From NCBI GenBank assembly GCA_965203445.1, contig OZ241883.1, positions 2,208,001 to 2,272,000 of the forward strand: DNA of 64,000 bases, written 5' to 3'. The notes under the pieces were generated by a model. That model made no database searches. It had not been told where the DNA came from and was given only the letters and a program-made list of their open reading frames with translations. Every line of letters begins with the position of its first letter. The first letter of the stretch is position 1. This DNA is from Candidatus Oxydemutator sp. GTDB lineage: Bacteria > Pseudomonadota > Gammaproteobacteria > Poriferisulfidales > Oxydemutatoraceae. The position numbers were made by a program, and so were the translations under genes. This document shows positions 33,001 to 40,572 of the stretch, piece by piece.

Positions 33001-33293
33001 GTCCAGTTGACGCCGGACAGGTCTATGTCGTTCAACAGTTCATAACCTTTGCAAGTGCCGGGACAACCCATGCCCTGCACGGCATCGGGAAACGCAGCGC
33101 CATAGGCGGCGGCGGCGGCGTTGCCGGCGCCCGCCAGATCGTGGGCGATGGCCTGCAACTGCGTCGAGGTCTCGACGTCTATCAAATTGTTGTCATTCAC
33201 GTCATAGTCGACGCCCCCGGGAGGGGTTTGGGCCGCGGCGCCGACGGTAAAAACCATCAGCGCCAGACACGCAGCAATTCTCATTGCCCACAC
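21057..33293 (-). CDS. Giant secreted repeat protein (4078 aa): 8 GLUG-motif-like modules, Calx-beta-like domains, C-terminal dockerin/EF-hand-like domain
   Basis: Signal peptide MRIAACLALMVFTVGAAAQ; repeated DYDxDxNNLIDV...CKGYEL...FEGNGH...GGLVG...WDFGS...YPVL; 'IAQDGTPDRRETYRVRLS' Calx-beta-like; GDTDGDNDVDADD. Confidence 0.85.
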   Translation of the reverse strand: MWAMRIAACLALMVFTVGAAAQTPPGGVDYDVNDNNLIDVETSTQLQAIAHDLAGAGNAAAAAYGAAFPDAVQGMGCPGTCKGYELLNDIDLSGVNWTPIGGGRVLGPFANPPGNRYNAVFEGNGHVIERLHLSSTVRNLNSVGLFGVLGSDGVVRNVGLVNVNVDVAESISFWVGALVGANFGQVAASYVVGGMVRGHYGVGGLTGRNERNENREEIVASYADVTVAVRRDRAGGLVGWNRGGRIIASYARSRLKRLPYSPAATGVGGVVGLNEGSGDRHRFDVIQSSYYAGDVGGWGGGGVGVPGSPARSVGKLREPTTATGIYDGWDKLNVDGVASTAMGVVTLNDDSPWDFGSPFQYPVLRGVSARYPHGNTTATGVQWRLQSPVLVALSQRGDAVVAEGSTVRYAVEWDAGVSAVVTMSWSVELTGSGAGHAEASDFADSTRGTVVLVNTDSAVFRIRIAQDGTPDRRETYRVRLSDLRGPDNVYLGVASSAVVSVIAPDGRNYDADGNNLIDVTTTSQLAAIRHDLGGEGLRGVDDGDGAAYEEAFPFFDEVATCAGGCKGYELLNDLDLSGIENWAPIGGGDPIEHYSAVFEGNGHVISKLRIHRPSSRLHHAGLFGGTSSVGTIRNVGLRDVNVHVGDSSIYTGALVGRNDGKVAASYVVGGSVEGVWAAGGLAGANYGTVIASYADVEVHADEHRSGGLIGEAGIGSVVSASYSIGMVTGGTYGGSTLRGGLLGGRNEPDADKYDVQASYFDRVRSGQSSCCGQNVPSYDADTSRTSAQLRAPTTAVGIYTGWDKLNVDGVASTAMGVVTLNDDSPWDFGSDLEYPALRGVSARYPGGNTTAAGVQRRLLPPVSVTLSQRSDAVVAEGSTVRYVVELDAVGSVVVTMSWSVELTGSGAGHAEASDFADSTRGTVALVNTDRAVFRIRIAQDGTPDRRETYRVRLSDLRGPDNVHLGVASSAVVSVIAPNGRNYDADGNNLIDVTTTSQLAAIRHDLGGEGLRGVDDEDKAAYDEAFPFFDEVATCAGDCKGYELLNDLDLSGIENWTPIGGSDPIVYYTAVFEGNGHVISKLRIHRPSSRLHHAGLFGGTSDVGTIRNVGLRDVSVRVWGSSIYTGALVGRNHGKVAASWVIGGSVGGVWSAGGLVGINSGTVIASYADVEVHAIVHRSGGLIGEAGIGSVVSASYSIGMVTGGEYGGSILRGGLLGGGRNEPDAVRYDVQASYFDRVRSGQASCCGQDMPSYDADTSRTSAQLRIPTTAVGIYTGWDKLNVDDAASTAMGVVTLNDDGPWDFGSDLEYPVLRGVSARYPDGNTTAAGVQRRLLSPISVTLSQRSDAVAAEGSTVRYAVELDAGGSVVVTMSWSVELTGSGAGHAEASDFASSTRGTVALVNTNSAVFSIRIAQDGTPERRETYRVRLSDLRGPDNVHLGVASSAVVSVIASNGRNYDADGNNLINVATTSQLAAIRHDLGGEGLRGVDDEGEAAYEEAFSFFDEAETCAGDCRGYELSNDLDLSGVEWQPLGGGVANRGNGAGDEYTGTFEGNGFVISGMRIVLGSRLDNVGLFGILGAGGMIRNTGLRDVEVDLTDRSVVAGALAGINKGRIAASYVVGGSVKTGYGAGGLVGTNEGAVIACYANVEAHAKYNSDEALSGGLVSALADSGVVSASYSIGKPSARGGVTGGLAGWRADGGEIQSSYFDTERSGLSSCCGSGASLPYRSSRTSAELRGPTTAMGIYAGWDKLNVDGVDQGGDRDLNDDAPWDFGSPFQYPVLRQGRTTATAEVHPGGVDYDVNDNNLIDVETSTQLQAIAHDLAGAGNAAAAAYGAAFPDAVQGMGCPGTCKGYELLNDIDLSGVNWTPIGGGRVLGPFANPPGNRYNAVFEGNGHVIERLHLSSTVRNLNSVGLFGVLGSDGVVRNVGLVNVNVDVAESISFWVGALVGANFGQVAASYVVGGMVRGFYGVGGLTGRNERNENREEIVASYADVTVAVRRDRAGGLVGWNRGGRIIASYARSRLKRLPYSPAATRVGGVVGFNEGSGDRHRHDVIQSSYYAGDVGGWGGGGVGVPGSPARSVGKLREPTTATGIYDGWDKLNVDGVASTAMGVVTLNDDSPWDFGSPFQYPVLRGVSARYPHGNTTATGVQWRLQSPVLVALSQRGDAVVAEGSTVRYAVEWDAGVSAVVTMSWSVELTGSGVGHAEASDFADSTRGTVALVNTDSAVFSIRIARDGTPDRRETYRVRLSDLRGPDNVRLDVASSAVVSVIAPDGRNYDADGNNLIDVSTTSQLAAIRHDLGGEGLRGVDDEDRAAYEEAFPFFDEVATCAGGCKGYELLNDVDLSGIENWTPIGGGDPIAYYTAVFEGNGHVISKLRIHRPSSRLHHAGLFGGTSDVGTIRNVGLRDVNVRVGGGSFYTGALVGRNHGKVAASYVVGGSVEGVWSAGGLAGANYGTVIASYADVEVHADEHGSGGLIGEAGIGSVVSASYSIGMVTGGTYDGSTLRGGLLGGRNETDADKYDVQASYFDRVRSGQTSCCGQNVPSYDADTSRTSAQLRAPTTAVGIYSGWDKLNVDDAASTAMGVVTLNDDSPWDFGSDLEYPALRGVSARYPGGNTTAAGVQRRLLPPVSVTLSQRSDAVVAEGSTVRYVVELDAVGSVVVTMSWSVELTGSGAGHAEASDFADSTRGTVALVNTDSAVFSIRIAQDGTPDRRETYRVRLSDLRGPDNVHLGVASSAVVSVIAPDGRNYDADGNNLIDVSTTSQLAAIRHDLGGEGLRGVDDEDRAAYEEAFPFFDEVATCAGDCKGYELLNDLDLSGIENWTPIGGGDPIAYYTAVFEGNGHVISKLRIHRPSSRLHHAGLFGGTSDVGTIRNVGLRDVSVRVWGGSYYTGALVGRNHGKVAASWVIGGSVGGVFSAGGLVGINSGTVIASYADVEVHAIVHRSGGLIGEAGIGSVVSASYSIGMVTGGEYGGSILRGGLLGGGRNEPDAVRYDVQASYFDRVRSGQASCCGQDMPSFDADTSRTSAQLRIPTTAVGIYTGWDELNVDDAASTAMGVVTLNDDGPWDFGSDLEYPVLRGVSARYPDGNTTAAGVQRRLLSPISVTLSQRSDAVAAEGSTVRYAVELDAGGSVVVTMSWSVELTGSGAGHAEASDFASSTRGTVTLVNTNSAVFSIRIAQDGTLERRETYRVRLSDLRGPDNVHLGVASSAVVSVIASNGRNYDADGNNLINVATTSQLAAIRHDLGGEGLRGVDDEGEAAYEEAFSFFDEAETCAGDCRGYELSNDLDLSGVEWQPLGGGVANRGNGAGDEYTGTFEGNGFVISGMRIVLGSRLDNVGLFGILGAGGMIRNTGLRDVEVDLTDRSVVAGALAGINKGRIAASYVVGGSVKTGYGAGGLVGTNEGAVIACYANVEAHAKYNSDEALSGGLVSALADSGVVSASYSIGKPSARGGVTGGLAGWRADGGEIQSSYFDTERSGLSSCCGSGASLPYRSSRTSAELRGPTTAMGIYAGWDKLNVDGVDQGGDRDLNDDAPWDFGSPFQYPVLRQGRTTATVQAQYSSQTRISLTPVLDGSRAVSEGERASYVVSLERALPLGVTASWSWAVDGGVVGADDFDDTTRGNVVIAPGRSSASFSLAVAVDGFSEPEEVFEVSLGDAVLSGNADNASLGRGSVVQTTIAANGDLRVTVAAASATVDEGATATFMVRLVGVGAGDGAVTVEYEITAVSEGLTPADLQSVTAMDRGGVTSVRVVALPVTGSVTVGVGDIARVSVRVAGDDTPGESGEQFRLRLTGCRNCGLFAEIGVPAASQVGIRDRISVVSAHVYLQGAYAGGDRMRTRLIEYLPASSPYGTAPWNAPQITVPGMSAGDFGLSGVTDTVVDWVLVELRKTPRHAGAAAAVTPLARQAALLLGDGTIVGVDGLNGDALRTEGVLFGAGIDSASEDLYVLIHHRNHLSVMATATAVACDAGAGADYCVDFRLQPSHQNCQAPLAGGRYAMFAGDTDGDNDVDADDEAAIRASNLETIGRRHYRAVSGNGYAIDADLDFDGEVLSADRRYIILNKIGNTLPLACAVR
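22619..33222. repeat. Near-identical tandem duplication with period 5307 bp (1769 codons), each unit with four modules
   Basis: 22621 matches 27928 and 23037 matches 28344 (offset 5307); internal offsets of 1419-1422 bp. Confidence 0.95.
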
Positions 33294-33401
33294 CTTGGCT
33301 ATGCGGAATTAGAGAGGGAGGGTGTAATCATCAGGATATTGTACAACAGTCGACCTTCCTCCTGAATCAGGGCCGCAGTCATTGAGAGAAATCCCATTGT
33401 A

Positions 33402-34646
33402 TCAGGCTGTTGCCCCCCAAAGCATCTGCAACGGCACGGCATACAGTCTGTCGCCGAAAGGCAGGGGTCTCTCGCCATTATAAACCAGTACCCCGCCGGC
33501 AAAGCGTTCGCCCGTTGCGTCCCTGAGTTTGCGCAGTCCGCGAAAGTCGGACTTTTTGAGCGTGGCGGACGCCTTCACTTCCACCCCCGTCAAAGCCATC
33601 GCGTCGCGCTCTATCACGATGTCCACTTCCGCGCCGCCCTTGTCTCGATAGTGGTAGAAGGTATGCGGTTCCTGATGTCCGCTTGCCTGCCGCCTCAATT
33701 CCTGCAAGACAAACGATTCCAGCATGTGACCGAACAGGGGGCCGTTGTACGCAAGTGCCGCGCCGTTCAATTTCATCAAAGCGCAGGCAATTCCGGTATC
33801 GCTGACGTGCAGTTTGGGGGTCTTTATCAAGGATTGCAGGCGATTGCTGTGCCACGCCGGCAATTTTTCCAGCAAAAACATTTTTTCCAACAGGAAAAGA
33901 TAGTCTCGGACGGCGGTGCGGCTGAGTGCAAACGACGTCGCCAAGCCGTTCACGCTCAAGAGCCGGGCGGTCTGCGCCGCGGCCATCAACAGCAACCGGG
34001 ACAGATTTTCAGGCGAGCGGATTGCGGCCACGTCCGGCACGTCGTGTTGGACGAGAGCCCTGATGTATCCGTTGTACCACGCCGTGCGCCTTCTGCCGGA
34101 ACGTTGCAGTGCCGCCGGGTAGCCGCCGGCCACAACGCGATCCGCGATTTGCTCCCGCGCGGGCCTGCCTCGTCGCGCCTGAAAGGTCGTGGCAAACAGG
34201 GAGTCAAGAAACGTGGGCGCGGTCTGGGCAAGTTCGCATTGTGAGAAAGGATGCAGGTCTATGATTTCCATGCGGCCCGCAAGCGAATCGGCAATTTGGC
34301 GCACCTGCAACACGTTCACCGAACCAGTCAGCAGAAAGCGCCCCGGCGTGCGGTTGCGGTCAACCATCAGTTTGATGGATGAGAATAACCAGGGAACCCG
34401 CTGCGCCTCGTCCAATATGACGCGCTCGGACAAGTTATTGGCAAAGCCGACGGGATCTTCTTCGACGGACTTGCGCACGTCGTCGTCGTCGAAACTGATG
34501 TACTCGTAACCCGCGGTTCGCCCAACCATCTGGGCAAGCGTCGTTTTGCCGCACTGACGCGCCCCTTGAATCAGCACGACGGGAGAATCCGCCAGCGCTT
34601 CTTTCAGACGCGGTTCGACGTGGCGTGTGTAGTCGGTTTCGATCAC
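33402..34646 (-). CDS. AAA_14/DUF4143-type ATP-binding protein
   Basis: GARQCGKTT Walker A, ILDEAQR Walker B, LLTGS, GGYP, YHYRDKGGAEVD...EVK. Confidence 0.9.
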   Translation of the reverse strand: MIETDYTRHVEPRLKEALADSPVVLIQGARQCGKTTLAQMVGRTAGYEYISFDDDDVRKSVEEDPVGFANNLSERVILDEAQRVPWLFSSIKLMVDRNRTPGRFLLTGSVNVLQVRQIADSLAGRMEIIDLHPFSQCELAQTAPTFLDSLFATTFQARRGRPAREQIADRVVAGGYPAALQRSGRRRTAWYNGYIRALVQHDVPDVAAIRSPENLSRLLLMAAAQTARLLSVNGLATSFALSRTAVRDYLFLLEKMFLLEKLPAWHSNRLQSLIKTPKLHVSDTGIACALMKLNGAALAYNGPLFGHMLESFVLQELRRQASGHQEPHTFYHYRDKGGAEVDIVIERDAMALTGVEVKASATLKKSDFRGLRKLRDATGERFAGGVLVYNGERPLPFGDRLYAVPLQMLWGATA

Positions 34647-34650
34647 AGTG

Positions 34651-34802
34651 TTCTAATTGTATATCTATAAGCCTTCTAATTGCACATTTATATGTGTATT
34701 TTTCTGGTATTTACAAGGGGAACAAACCATATATTATTGATATAAAAATATATTTTATGTCTATTATAATTGCACATTTATGGGTATTCTAATTGCACAT
34801 TT
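34651..34802. promoter_or_regulatory. AT-rich promoter region with repeated TAATTGCACATTT boxes
   Basis: Copies at 34654 (degenerate), 34677, 34767 and 34790, forming two pairs with 23-bp spacing. Confidence 0.55.
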
Positions 34803-34817
34803 GACGGGGATATATTG

Positions 34818-36023
34818 TCATTTTTCCCTCATCCCCGCACCTTCTATCACCTCCCTGACCGCCTCCAGTTCCGCGGCTACCGTGCGTATTTTTCCCTGCG
34901 CCTGGCGCATCGCGACGTCCGGGTCTTTCAGGCCGTGGCCGGTCAGCGTGCATACAATGCGGCTGCCGGCCTCGATTTTGCCCGCCTCGACGTCCTTCAG
35001 CAATCCGGCGATAGAGATCGCCGACGCCGGTTCGCAGAATATGCCCTCGCGTTCGGCCAGCATTCGTTGCGCCGCCAGGATCTCCTCGTCGGTGCGGCAA
35101 TCGAACCACCCGCCAGATTCCTGCCCGGCGATCAGCGCCATGTCCCAGCTTTGCGGATTGCCGATGCGGATGGCGGTCGCTATCGTATCCGGGTTCTCGA
35201 CTTTCCTGCCCGACACAATCGGCGCGGCGCCCACGGCCTGGTAGCCCAACATGCGCGGACGGCGGTTCGCCCGGGCGCCGTCGTAGCCGCGCCACGCCGC
35301 GCCCAAGGCTTGCCTGGCCTTGTCCACGCAACCGCTCGGCAGGCGCGCGGCTTCGGAATAGCCCATCCAGTAGGCGGAGATATTGCCGGCGTTGCCGACC
35401 GGCAGGCAGTGGTAGTCGGGTGCGTCGCCCAACGCCTCGACGATCTCGAAGGCGGCGGTCTTCTGGCCCTGCAAGCGGTACGGGTTGACCGAGTTCACGA
35501 GCGTCACCGGCATCTCGGCGGACAGCGTCTTGACCAGTTCCATGCCCTGATCGAAGTTGCCCCGGATCTGGACGACGGCGGCGCCCTCGATGATCGCCTG
35601 CGCGAGTTTGCCCATCGCGATCTTGCCGTCCGGTATCAGCACGAACACGGCGAGGCCGGCGCGCGCCCCGTAGGCCGCGGCCGAGGCCGACGTGTTTCCG
35701 GTCGAGGCGCAGATCAACGCGCGGCTGCCCTCGGCGACGGCCTGGGTCACGGCCACCGTCATGCCGCGATCCTTGAACGAACCGGTCGGGTTCAGGCCCT
35801 CATATTTGACGTGGATTTCCAGCGGCACGCCCAAAGCCGCGGGGATATTGCGAAGGCGGATCAGCGGCGTCGCGCCCTCGCACAGGGACACCGGCGCGGC
35901 GTCGTCCGGCAGCGGCAAGCAATGCCGATAGGCGGAGATCAGGCCGTCGCGTGAACACGTGGTTTCGCCGGGAATCATTTGTAGAAAACAATCAGGGGAG
36001 GAAAAACCATCACCCCAGATCAC
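34818..36023 (-). CDS. thrC: Threonine synthase (start may be 35978)
   Basis: [33 protein letters not shown]. Confidence 0.95.
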   Translation of the reverse strand: MIWGDGFSSPDCFLQMIPGETTCSRDGLISAYRHCLPLPDDAAPVSLCEGATPLIRLRNIPAALGVPLEIHVKYEGLNPTGSFKDRGMTVAVTQAVAEGSRALICASTGNTSASAAAYGARAGLAVFVLIPDGKIAMGKLAQAIIEGAAVVQIRGNFDQGMELVKTLSAEMPVTLVNSVNPYRLQGQKTAAFEIVEALGDAPDYHCLPVGNAGNISAYWMGYSEAARLPSGCVDKARQALGAAWRGYDGARANRRPRMLGYQAVGAAPIVSGRKVENPDTIATAIRIGNPQSWDMALIAGQESGGWFDCRTDEEILAAQRMLAEREGIFCEPASAISIAGLLKDVEAGKIEAGSRIVCTLTGHGLKDPDVAMRQAQGKIRTVAAELEAVREVIEGAGMREK

Positions 36024-37336
36024 CCCAGGTCTTCGACGCGGATTTGCACGACTTTATCGTCCACGCTGTCGAGCGCGCGTATCCGCCGCACGGCTTCGTC
36101 CACGTCGCGTTCGCGCACCGGGTAGGTCATCAGCACCAGCGGCACCGGTTTGCCGTCGCCGCGGGTTTCCTTTTGCATGACCGCCTCGATGCTGATCCGC
36201 AGATCGCCCAACACGCGCGTGATCGCGGCCAGCACGCCCGGCTCGTCGCGCACTTGCAGGCGCAGATAACAGGCGGTGATCACGTCGCCGATTGCGACCA
36301 CCGGGACGTCCGCCAGCGCGTCGGGCTGAAACGCCAGATGCGGCACGCGGTTCTCCGGGTCCGACGTCAGCGCGCGCACAACGTCTATCAGGTCGGCGAC
36401 CACCGCCGACGCGGTCGGCTCGGCGCCGGCGCCGGCGCCGTAATACAGCGTCGGGCCGGCCGCGTCGCCGTCCACCATGACCGCGTTCATCACGCCCTCG
36501 ACGCTGGCCAGCAGCGAGTCGCCGCGGATCAGCGCCGGGTGCACGCGCAACTCTATGCCGTCGTCGCCGCGCCTGGCCACGCCCAAGTGTTTGATACGAT
36601 AACCCAACTCGTCGGCATAAATCACGTCGTCGGTATCCAGACCGACCAGCCCCTCGATGTACACGCCGCCGAATTGCAGCGGAATGCCAAACGCGGTCGC
36701 CGCGATAATCGTCAGCTTGTGCGCGGCGTCTATACCGTCGACGTCGAACGCCGGATCAGCCTCGGCGTAACCCAGCATCTGCGCCTCGGCCAGGGCGTCG
36801 GCGAAACTGCGCCGCTTATCCCGAATCTCGGTCAGGATAAAGTTGGTCGTGCCGTTGATGATGCCGACGATGCGCTCGATGCGGTTGCCGGACAGCCCTT
36901 CGCGCACCGCCTTGACAATCGGAATGCCGCCGGCGACCGCGGCCTCGAACGCGACGACGACGCCGCGTCGTTGCGCGGCCTCGAAGATCTCGCGCCCGTA
37001 GTCCGCGATCAGCGCCTTGTTCGCGGTGACGACGTGCTTGCCGCCGTCTATCGCGCGCAGCACCAGATCGCGCGCCGGCTCGATGCCGCCGAACAGTTCG
37101 ACGACGACGTCTATATCCCGGTCGCCGATAACGTCGTTCGGGTCGCTCGACAGTTCGATGCCGGCGAGATCCGCCGGACGCTCGCGCGCAAGGTCGCGCG
37201 CGACCGCGCGCGTTACGCGGATCGTGCGCCCGGCGCGGCGCTCGATCTCGCCGGCGTTGCGCGCAAGCACGTTCAGCGTACCGCAACCGACGGTGCCGAG
37301 TCCCAGCAGGCCGACCGAAACCGGCTTCATCGTCAT
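36020..37336 (-). CDS. hom: Homoserine dehydrogenase
   Basis: [30 protein letters not shown]-terminal ACT domain. Confidence 0.95.
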   Translation of the reverse strand: MTMKPVSVGLLGLGTVGCGTLNVLARNAGEIERRAGRTIRVTRAVARDLARERPADLAGIELSSDPNDVIGDRDIDVVVELFGGIEPARDLVLRAIDGGKHVVTANKALIADYGREIFEAAQRRGVVVAFEAAVAGGIPIVKAVREGLSGNRIERIVGIINGTTNFILTEIRDKRRSFADALAEAQMLGYAEADPAFDVDGIDAAHKLTIIAATAFGIPLQFGGVYIEGLVGLDTDDVIYADELGYRIKHLGVARRGDDGIELRVHPALIRGDSLLASVEGVMNAVMVDGDAAGPTLYYGAGAGAEPTASAVVADLIDVVRALTSDPENRVPHLAFQPDALADVPVVAIGDVITACYLRLQVRDEPGVLAAITRVLGDLRISIEAVMQKETRGDGKPVPLVLMTYPVRERDVDEAVRRIRALDSVDDKVVQIRVEDLG

Positions 37337-38514
37337 CCCTGCAATATCCTCTTGACGTTGCGCACCGCCTGGCGTATACGCTGTTCGTTCTCTATCAGGC
37401 TGAAGCGCACGTGGCCGGCGTCGTCTTCGTGCTCGCCGAAGCCGACGCCGGGCGAGACCGCGACCCGCGCGCGCTCGAGCAGCATCTTCGAGAAACTGAG
37501 CGTGTCCACGTCGCGGTACGCCTGCGGCAACGGCGCCCACACGAACATCGTCGCGCGCGGCTTGTCGAACTCCCAGCCGGCGGCGGCCAGCCCGTCGCAC
37601 AAGACGTCGCGACGGCTGCGATACAGTCGCCGCGTCTGCTCGACGCAATCCTGCGGCCCCTCGAGCGCGCTGATCGCGGCCACCTGCACCGGCGTGAACA
37701 GACCGTAATCGAGATAGGACTTGATCCGCGCCAGCGCCGACACCAGGTCGCGGTTGCCGCACATGAAACCGACGCGCCAGCCGGGCATATTATAGGTTTT
37801 CGACAGCGAATAAAATTCCGCGGCGATTTCGCGCGCGCGCGGCACTTGCAGGATCGAGGGCGCGCGGTAGCCGTCGAACACGAGCTCGCCGTAGGCCAGA
37901 TCGTTGACGACCCAGATGCCGTGCTCCGACGCGACCTCGACCACCTGCTCGAAGAACTCGAGCTCGACGCAGTCGGTCGTCGGGTTGGTCGGAAAGTTCA
38001 GTATCAGCAACTTCGGTTTCGGCCAGCTGTCGCGGATGGCCTTGGCCAGCGCCGGAAAAAAATCCGCCATCGGCGCAATCGGGATGTAGTGCACGTCGGC
38101 ACCGGCGATAACGCAACCGTACGGATGAATCGGATAGGCCGGCGTCGGCACCAGCACGCGCTCGCCGGGTTCGAGCATCGCCAGCGCCAGGTGCGCCAGC
38201 CCTTCCTTCGAGCCCAGGGTGACGATGGCCTCGCTGTCCGGATCGAGTTCGACGTCGAACTTGCGTTTGTACCAGTTGCAGATCGCCGCGCGCAGGCGCG
38301 GGATGCCGCGCGACGTCGAGTAGCGGTGCGTGTTCCTGCGCTGCGCCACCTCGATGAGCTTGGCGGTTACGTGCGCCGGCGCCGGCTGGTCGGGATTGCC
38401 CATGCCGAAGTCCACGACGTCCTCGCCGCGCGCGCGCGCCTCCTGCTTCAGGCGATTGACGATGTCGAAGACATACGGCGGCAGGCGGCGGATGCGGTGG
38501 AATTCCCGGGTCAT
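37333..38514 (-). CDS. alaC: Alanine transaminase
   Basis: FHRIRRLPPYVF, GMGNPD, ARIKSYLDYG; alaC-hom-thrC synteny. Confidence 0.9.
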   Translation of the reverse strand: MTREFHRIRRLPPYVFDIVNRLKQEARARGEDVVDFGMGNPDQPAPAHVTAKLIEVAQRRNTHRYSTSRGIPRLRAAICNWYKRKFDVELDPDSEAIVTLGSKEGLAHLALAMLEPGERVLVPTPAYPIHPYGCVIAGADVHYIPIAPMADFFPALAKAIRDSWPKPKLLILNFPTNPTTDCVELEFFEQVVEVASEHGIWVVNDLAYGELVFDGYRAPSILQVPRAREIAAEFYSLSKTYNMPGWRVGFMCGNRDLVSALARIKSYLDYGLFTPVQVAAISALEGPQDCVEQTRRLYRSRRDVLCDGLAAAGWEFDKPRATMFVWAPLPQAYRDVDTLSFSKMLLERARVAVSPGVGFGEHEDDAGHVRFSLIENEQRIRQAVRNVKRILQG

Positions 38515-38528
38515 GGCGCGGCCGTTGC

Positions 38529-39296
38529 TCACGACGCCGGCAGATAGCGCAGCGCGTTGACGGCGCGACCGCGCCTCCTGATCTCGAAATACAACGCCGC
38601 TCCTCTCGTGTATATGCTTTCCCGCGCAAGAAGTCCGAGGGGCGCGCCGGCGGCGACCTGGTCTCCTTCCCGCACCAGCAGCCGGTCGTTGCCGCCGTAG
38701 GCGCTGAAGAAATCGCCGGCGTGGCGCACGATAACGAGGCCCTGGTAATGCTTCAGGCCGAAACCGCTGTAGACGACGCGCCCGGCGGCGGCGCTGTGCA
38801 CCGTCTGCCCGGCAGCGCCGCGCATCAGCAGACCGTGACCGCCGCCGGCGCGTCTCGCACGCGCCTTCAAGTGCGGCGAGCGCAACGGCCATTTCCACGC
38901 GGGTGCCTTGGCCGCGCGCGTCGTCTTGGGCGCGGGCGCGGCGCTCGGCGCGTTCTCGGCGGGCTTCGCCGGGCGTTCGTCCTCGGGCGCGACGCGGCGG
39001 TAATCGGCGGGCGGTCTCAGGCGCAGGCGCTGGCCCGGATAGATCAGGTAGCGCGGCGCCTTGACGTCGTTCCAATCGGCCAGTTCGCGGTAGTCAAGCG
39101 TGTGCAACCACGCGATCGCATACAGCGTGTCGCCCTTGCGTACGACGTGCTCGCCACTTTGCGGCGAGGGGTGCCCGTCCTCGCGCGGCTCGTCGCCGCT
39201 GAAGAACTCGTAGTCGGCGCCGCAACCGTGCAGCAAGAACGCGAGCGCGGCCAGCAGCGCGAACGCGAACACCGGAAGAGCAGAAACGCGCGGCAT
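38529..39296 (-). CDS. nlpD: LysM/M23-family lipoprotein (NlpD-like)
   Basis: Lipobox LHGC, LysM HVVRKGDTLYAIAW, M23-like LYFEIRR; surE-pcm-yqaA-nlpD synteny. Confidence 0.8.
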   Translation of the reverse strand: MPRVSALPVFAFALLAALAFLLHGCGADYEFFSGDEPREDGHPSPQSGEHVVRKGDTLYAIAWLHTLDYRELADWNDVKAPRYLIYPGQRLRLRPPADYRRVAPEDERPAKPAENAPSAAPAPKTTRAAKAPAWKWPLRSPHLKARARRAGGGHGLLMRGAAGQTVHSAAAGRVVYSGFGLKHYQGLVIVRHAGDFFSAYGGNDRLLVREGDQVAAGAPLGLLARESIYTRGAALYFEIRRRGRAVNALRYLPAS

Positions 39297-39877
39297 CACA
39301 GGTAACGATAGGCGATGGCGGCGGCCAGCAGCGCGACGACGATCCAGCCGGCGACCTCGATACGCTTCTCTATATAGGAAAACAGCGCCGGGCCGAAGCG
39401 TTTCATCAAAAACCCGACCAGCCCGAAACGCGCGCCGCGCCCGAGCAACGACGCCAGCACGAACAACGCCAGGCTCTGGCCAAGCACGCCGGCGCTGATC
39501 GTGAACAGCTTGTACGGCACCGGCGTCAACGCGGCGACGAACACGATCCACACGCCCCACTCGTAGAACATTGCAACCGCGTCCTGGTATTCGCCCCAGT
39601 AGCCGGCGGCGTGCAGCCACGGCTCGATCCAGTCGAACAGGAACACGCCGACGGCGTAACCAAAGATGCCGCCCAGGGCCGAGAACACCGTCGTCCACGC
39701 GACCAGGCGCGCGGTGCGCGGCGGGTGCAGCGCGCACATCGGTGCGAGCATCACGTCGGTCGGAACCGGGAACACCACCGACTCGCAAAAACTCAGGCCG
39801 TAGAGGTACTTCTCGGCGCCGCGCCTGCCGATCAGCGACATGGTCGCGGCGTAGGGGCGGGCGAACAGCGACATCAT
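39296..39877 (-). CDS. YqaA/DedA-family membrane protein
   Basis: SFCESVVFPVPTDVML, TPVPYKLFTI. Confidence 0.88.
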   Translation of the reverse strand: MMSLFARPYAATMSLIGRRGAEKYLYGLSFCESVVFPVPTDVMLAPMCALHPPRTARLVAWTTVFSALGGIFGYAVGVFLFDWIEPWLHAAGYWGEYQDAVAMFYEWGVWIVFVAALTPVPYKLFTISAGVLGQSLALFVLASLLGRGARFGLVGFLMKRFGPALFSYIEKRIEVAGWIVVALLAAAIAYRYL

Positions 39878-40572
39878 CCGCCGTTTGCGCCCACCAGCGG
39901 CACAAACCTGACCGGCAGCAGGCGGCGTTCGGAATAGCCGCGGCGGGTGCGCGTTATCAACGTCAATTCCTGGGTCTCGGTGGCGTCGCCCAGCGGCACC
40001 ACCGCGCGCCCGCCGACGGCCAGCTGATCGAGCAGCGCCGACGGCATTTCGGCGGCGGCGGCGGTGACCATGACGCCGTCGTACGGCGCGAACTGCCGCC
40101 ACCCCCTGGCGCCGTCACCGCGGCGAAAGTGCACGTTGGCGTAGCCCAGCTCCCCGAGCAGCGCGCGCGCGCGCTGGTAGAGCGCCGCGACGCGCTCGAT
40201 GGTGAACACGCGCGCCACCAACGCCGCAAGCACCGCGGTCTGGTAGCCGGAACCGGTGCCGACCTCGAGCACCTGCCGCACCTTGCCCGCGCGCAGCAGG
40301 GTCTGAGTCATGTAGGCGACGACGTACGGCTGCGAGATCGTCTGCCCGTGGCCGATGGACAGCGAGCGGTCGGCGTAGGCCAGGCTCTCGAAGCCGGTCT
40401 CGACAAAGCGGTGGCGTGGCACCTCGACCATCGCCTTCAGCACGCGCTCGTCGCCGATGCGGCGGTCGCGCAGTTTCGCGGCCAAGCCCTCGCGCAGCGA
40501 GCGCGAAAAGCGGCGCGACGCGGCGCTTTGTCCGCCGCCTCGTTCATCGAGGAAGCCACGACGCGCGCTCAT
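39874..40572 (-). CDS. pcm: Protein-L-isoaspartate O-methyltransferase
   Basis: [27 protein letters not shown]. Confidence 0.95.
   Translation of the reverse strand: MSARRGFLDERGGGQSAASRRFSRSLREGLAAKLRDRRIGDERVLKAMVEVPRHRFVETGFESLAYADRSLSIGHGQTISQPYVVAYMTQTLLRAGKVRQVLEVGTGSGYQTAVLAALVARVFTIERVAALYQRARALLGELGYANVHFRRGDGARGWRQFAPYDGVMVTAAAAEMPSALLDQLAVGGRAVVPLGDATETQELTLITRTRRGYSERRLLPVRFVPLVGANGG

Noticed and set aside
21057-33293. Complete diversity-generating retroelement
   Set aside because: No reverse transcriptase or non-coding template repeat in the window, and the differences are not adenine-exclusive; kept only as a testable hypothesis.
18634-34810. Integrative element or prophage at tRNA-Asn
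   Set aside because: No integrase, phage genes or duplicated tRNA 3' end (att) found by eye.
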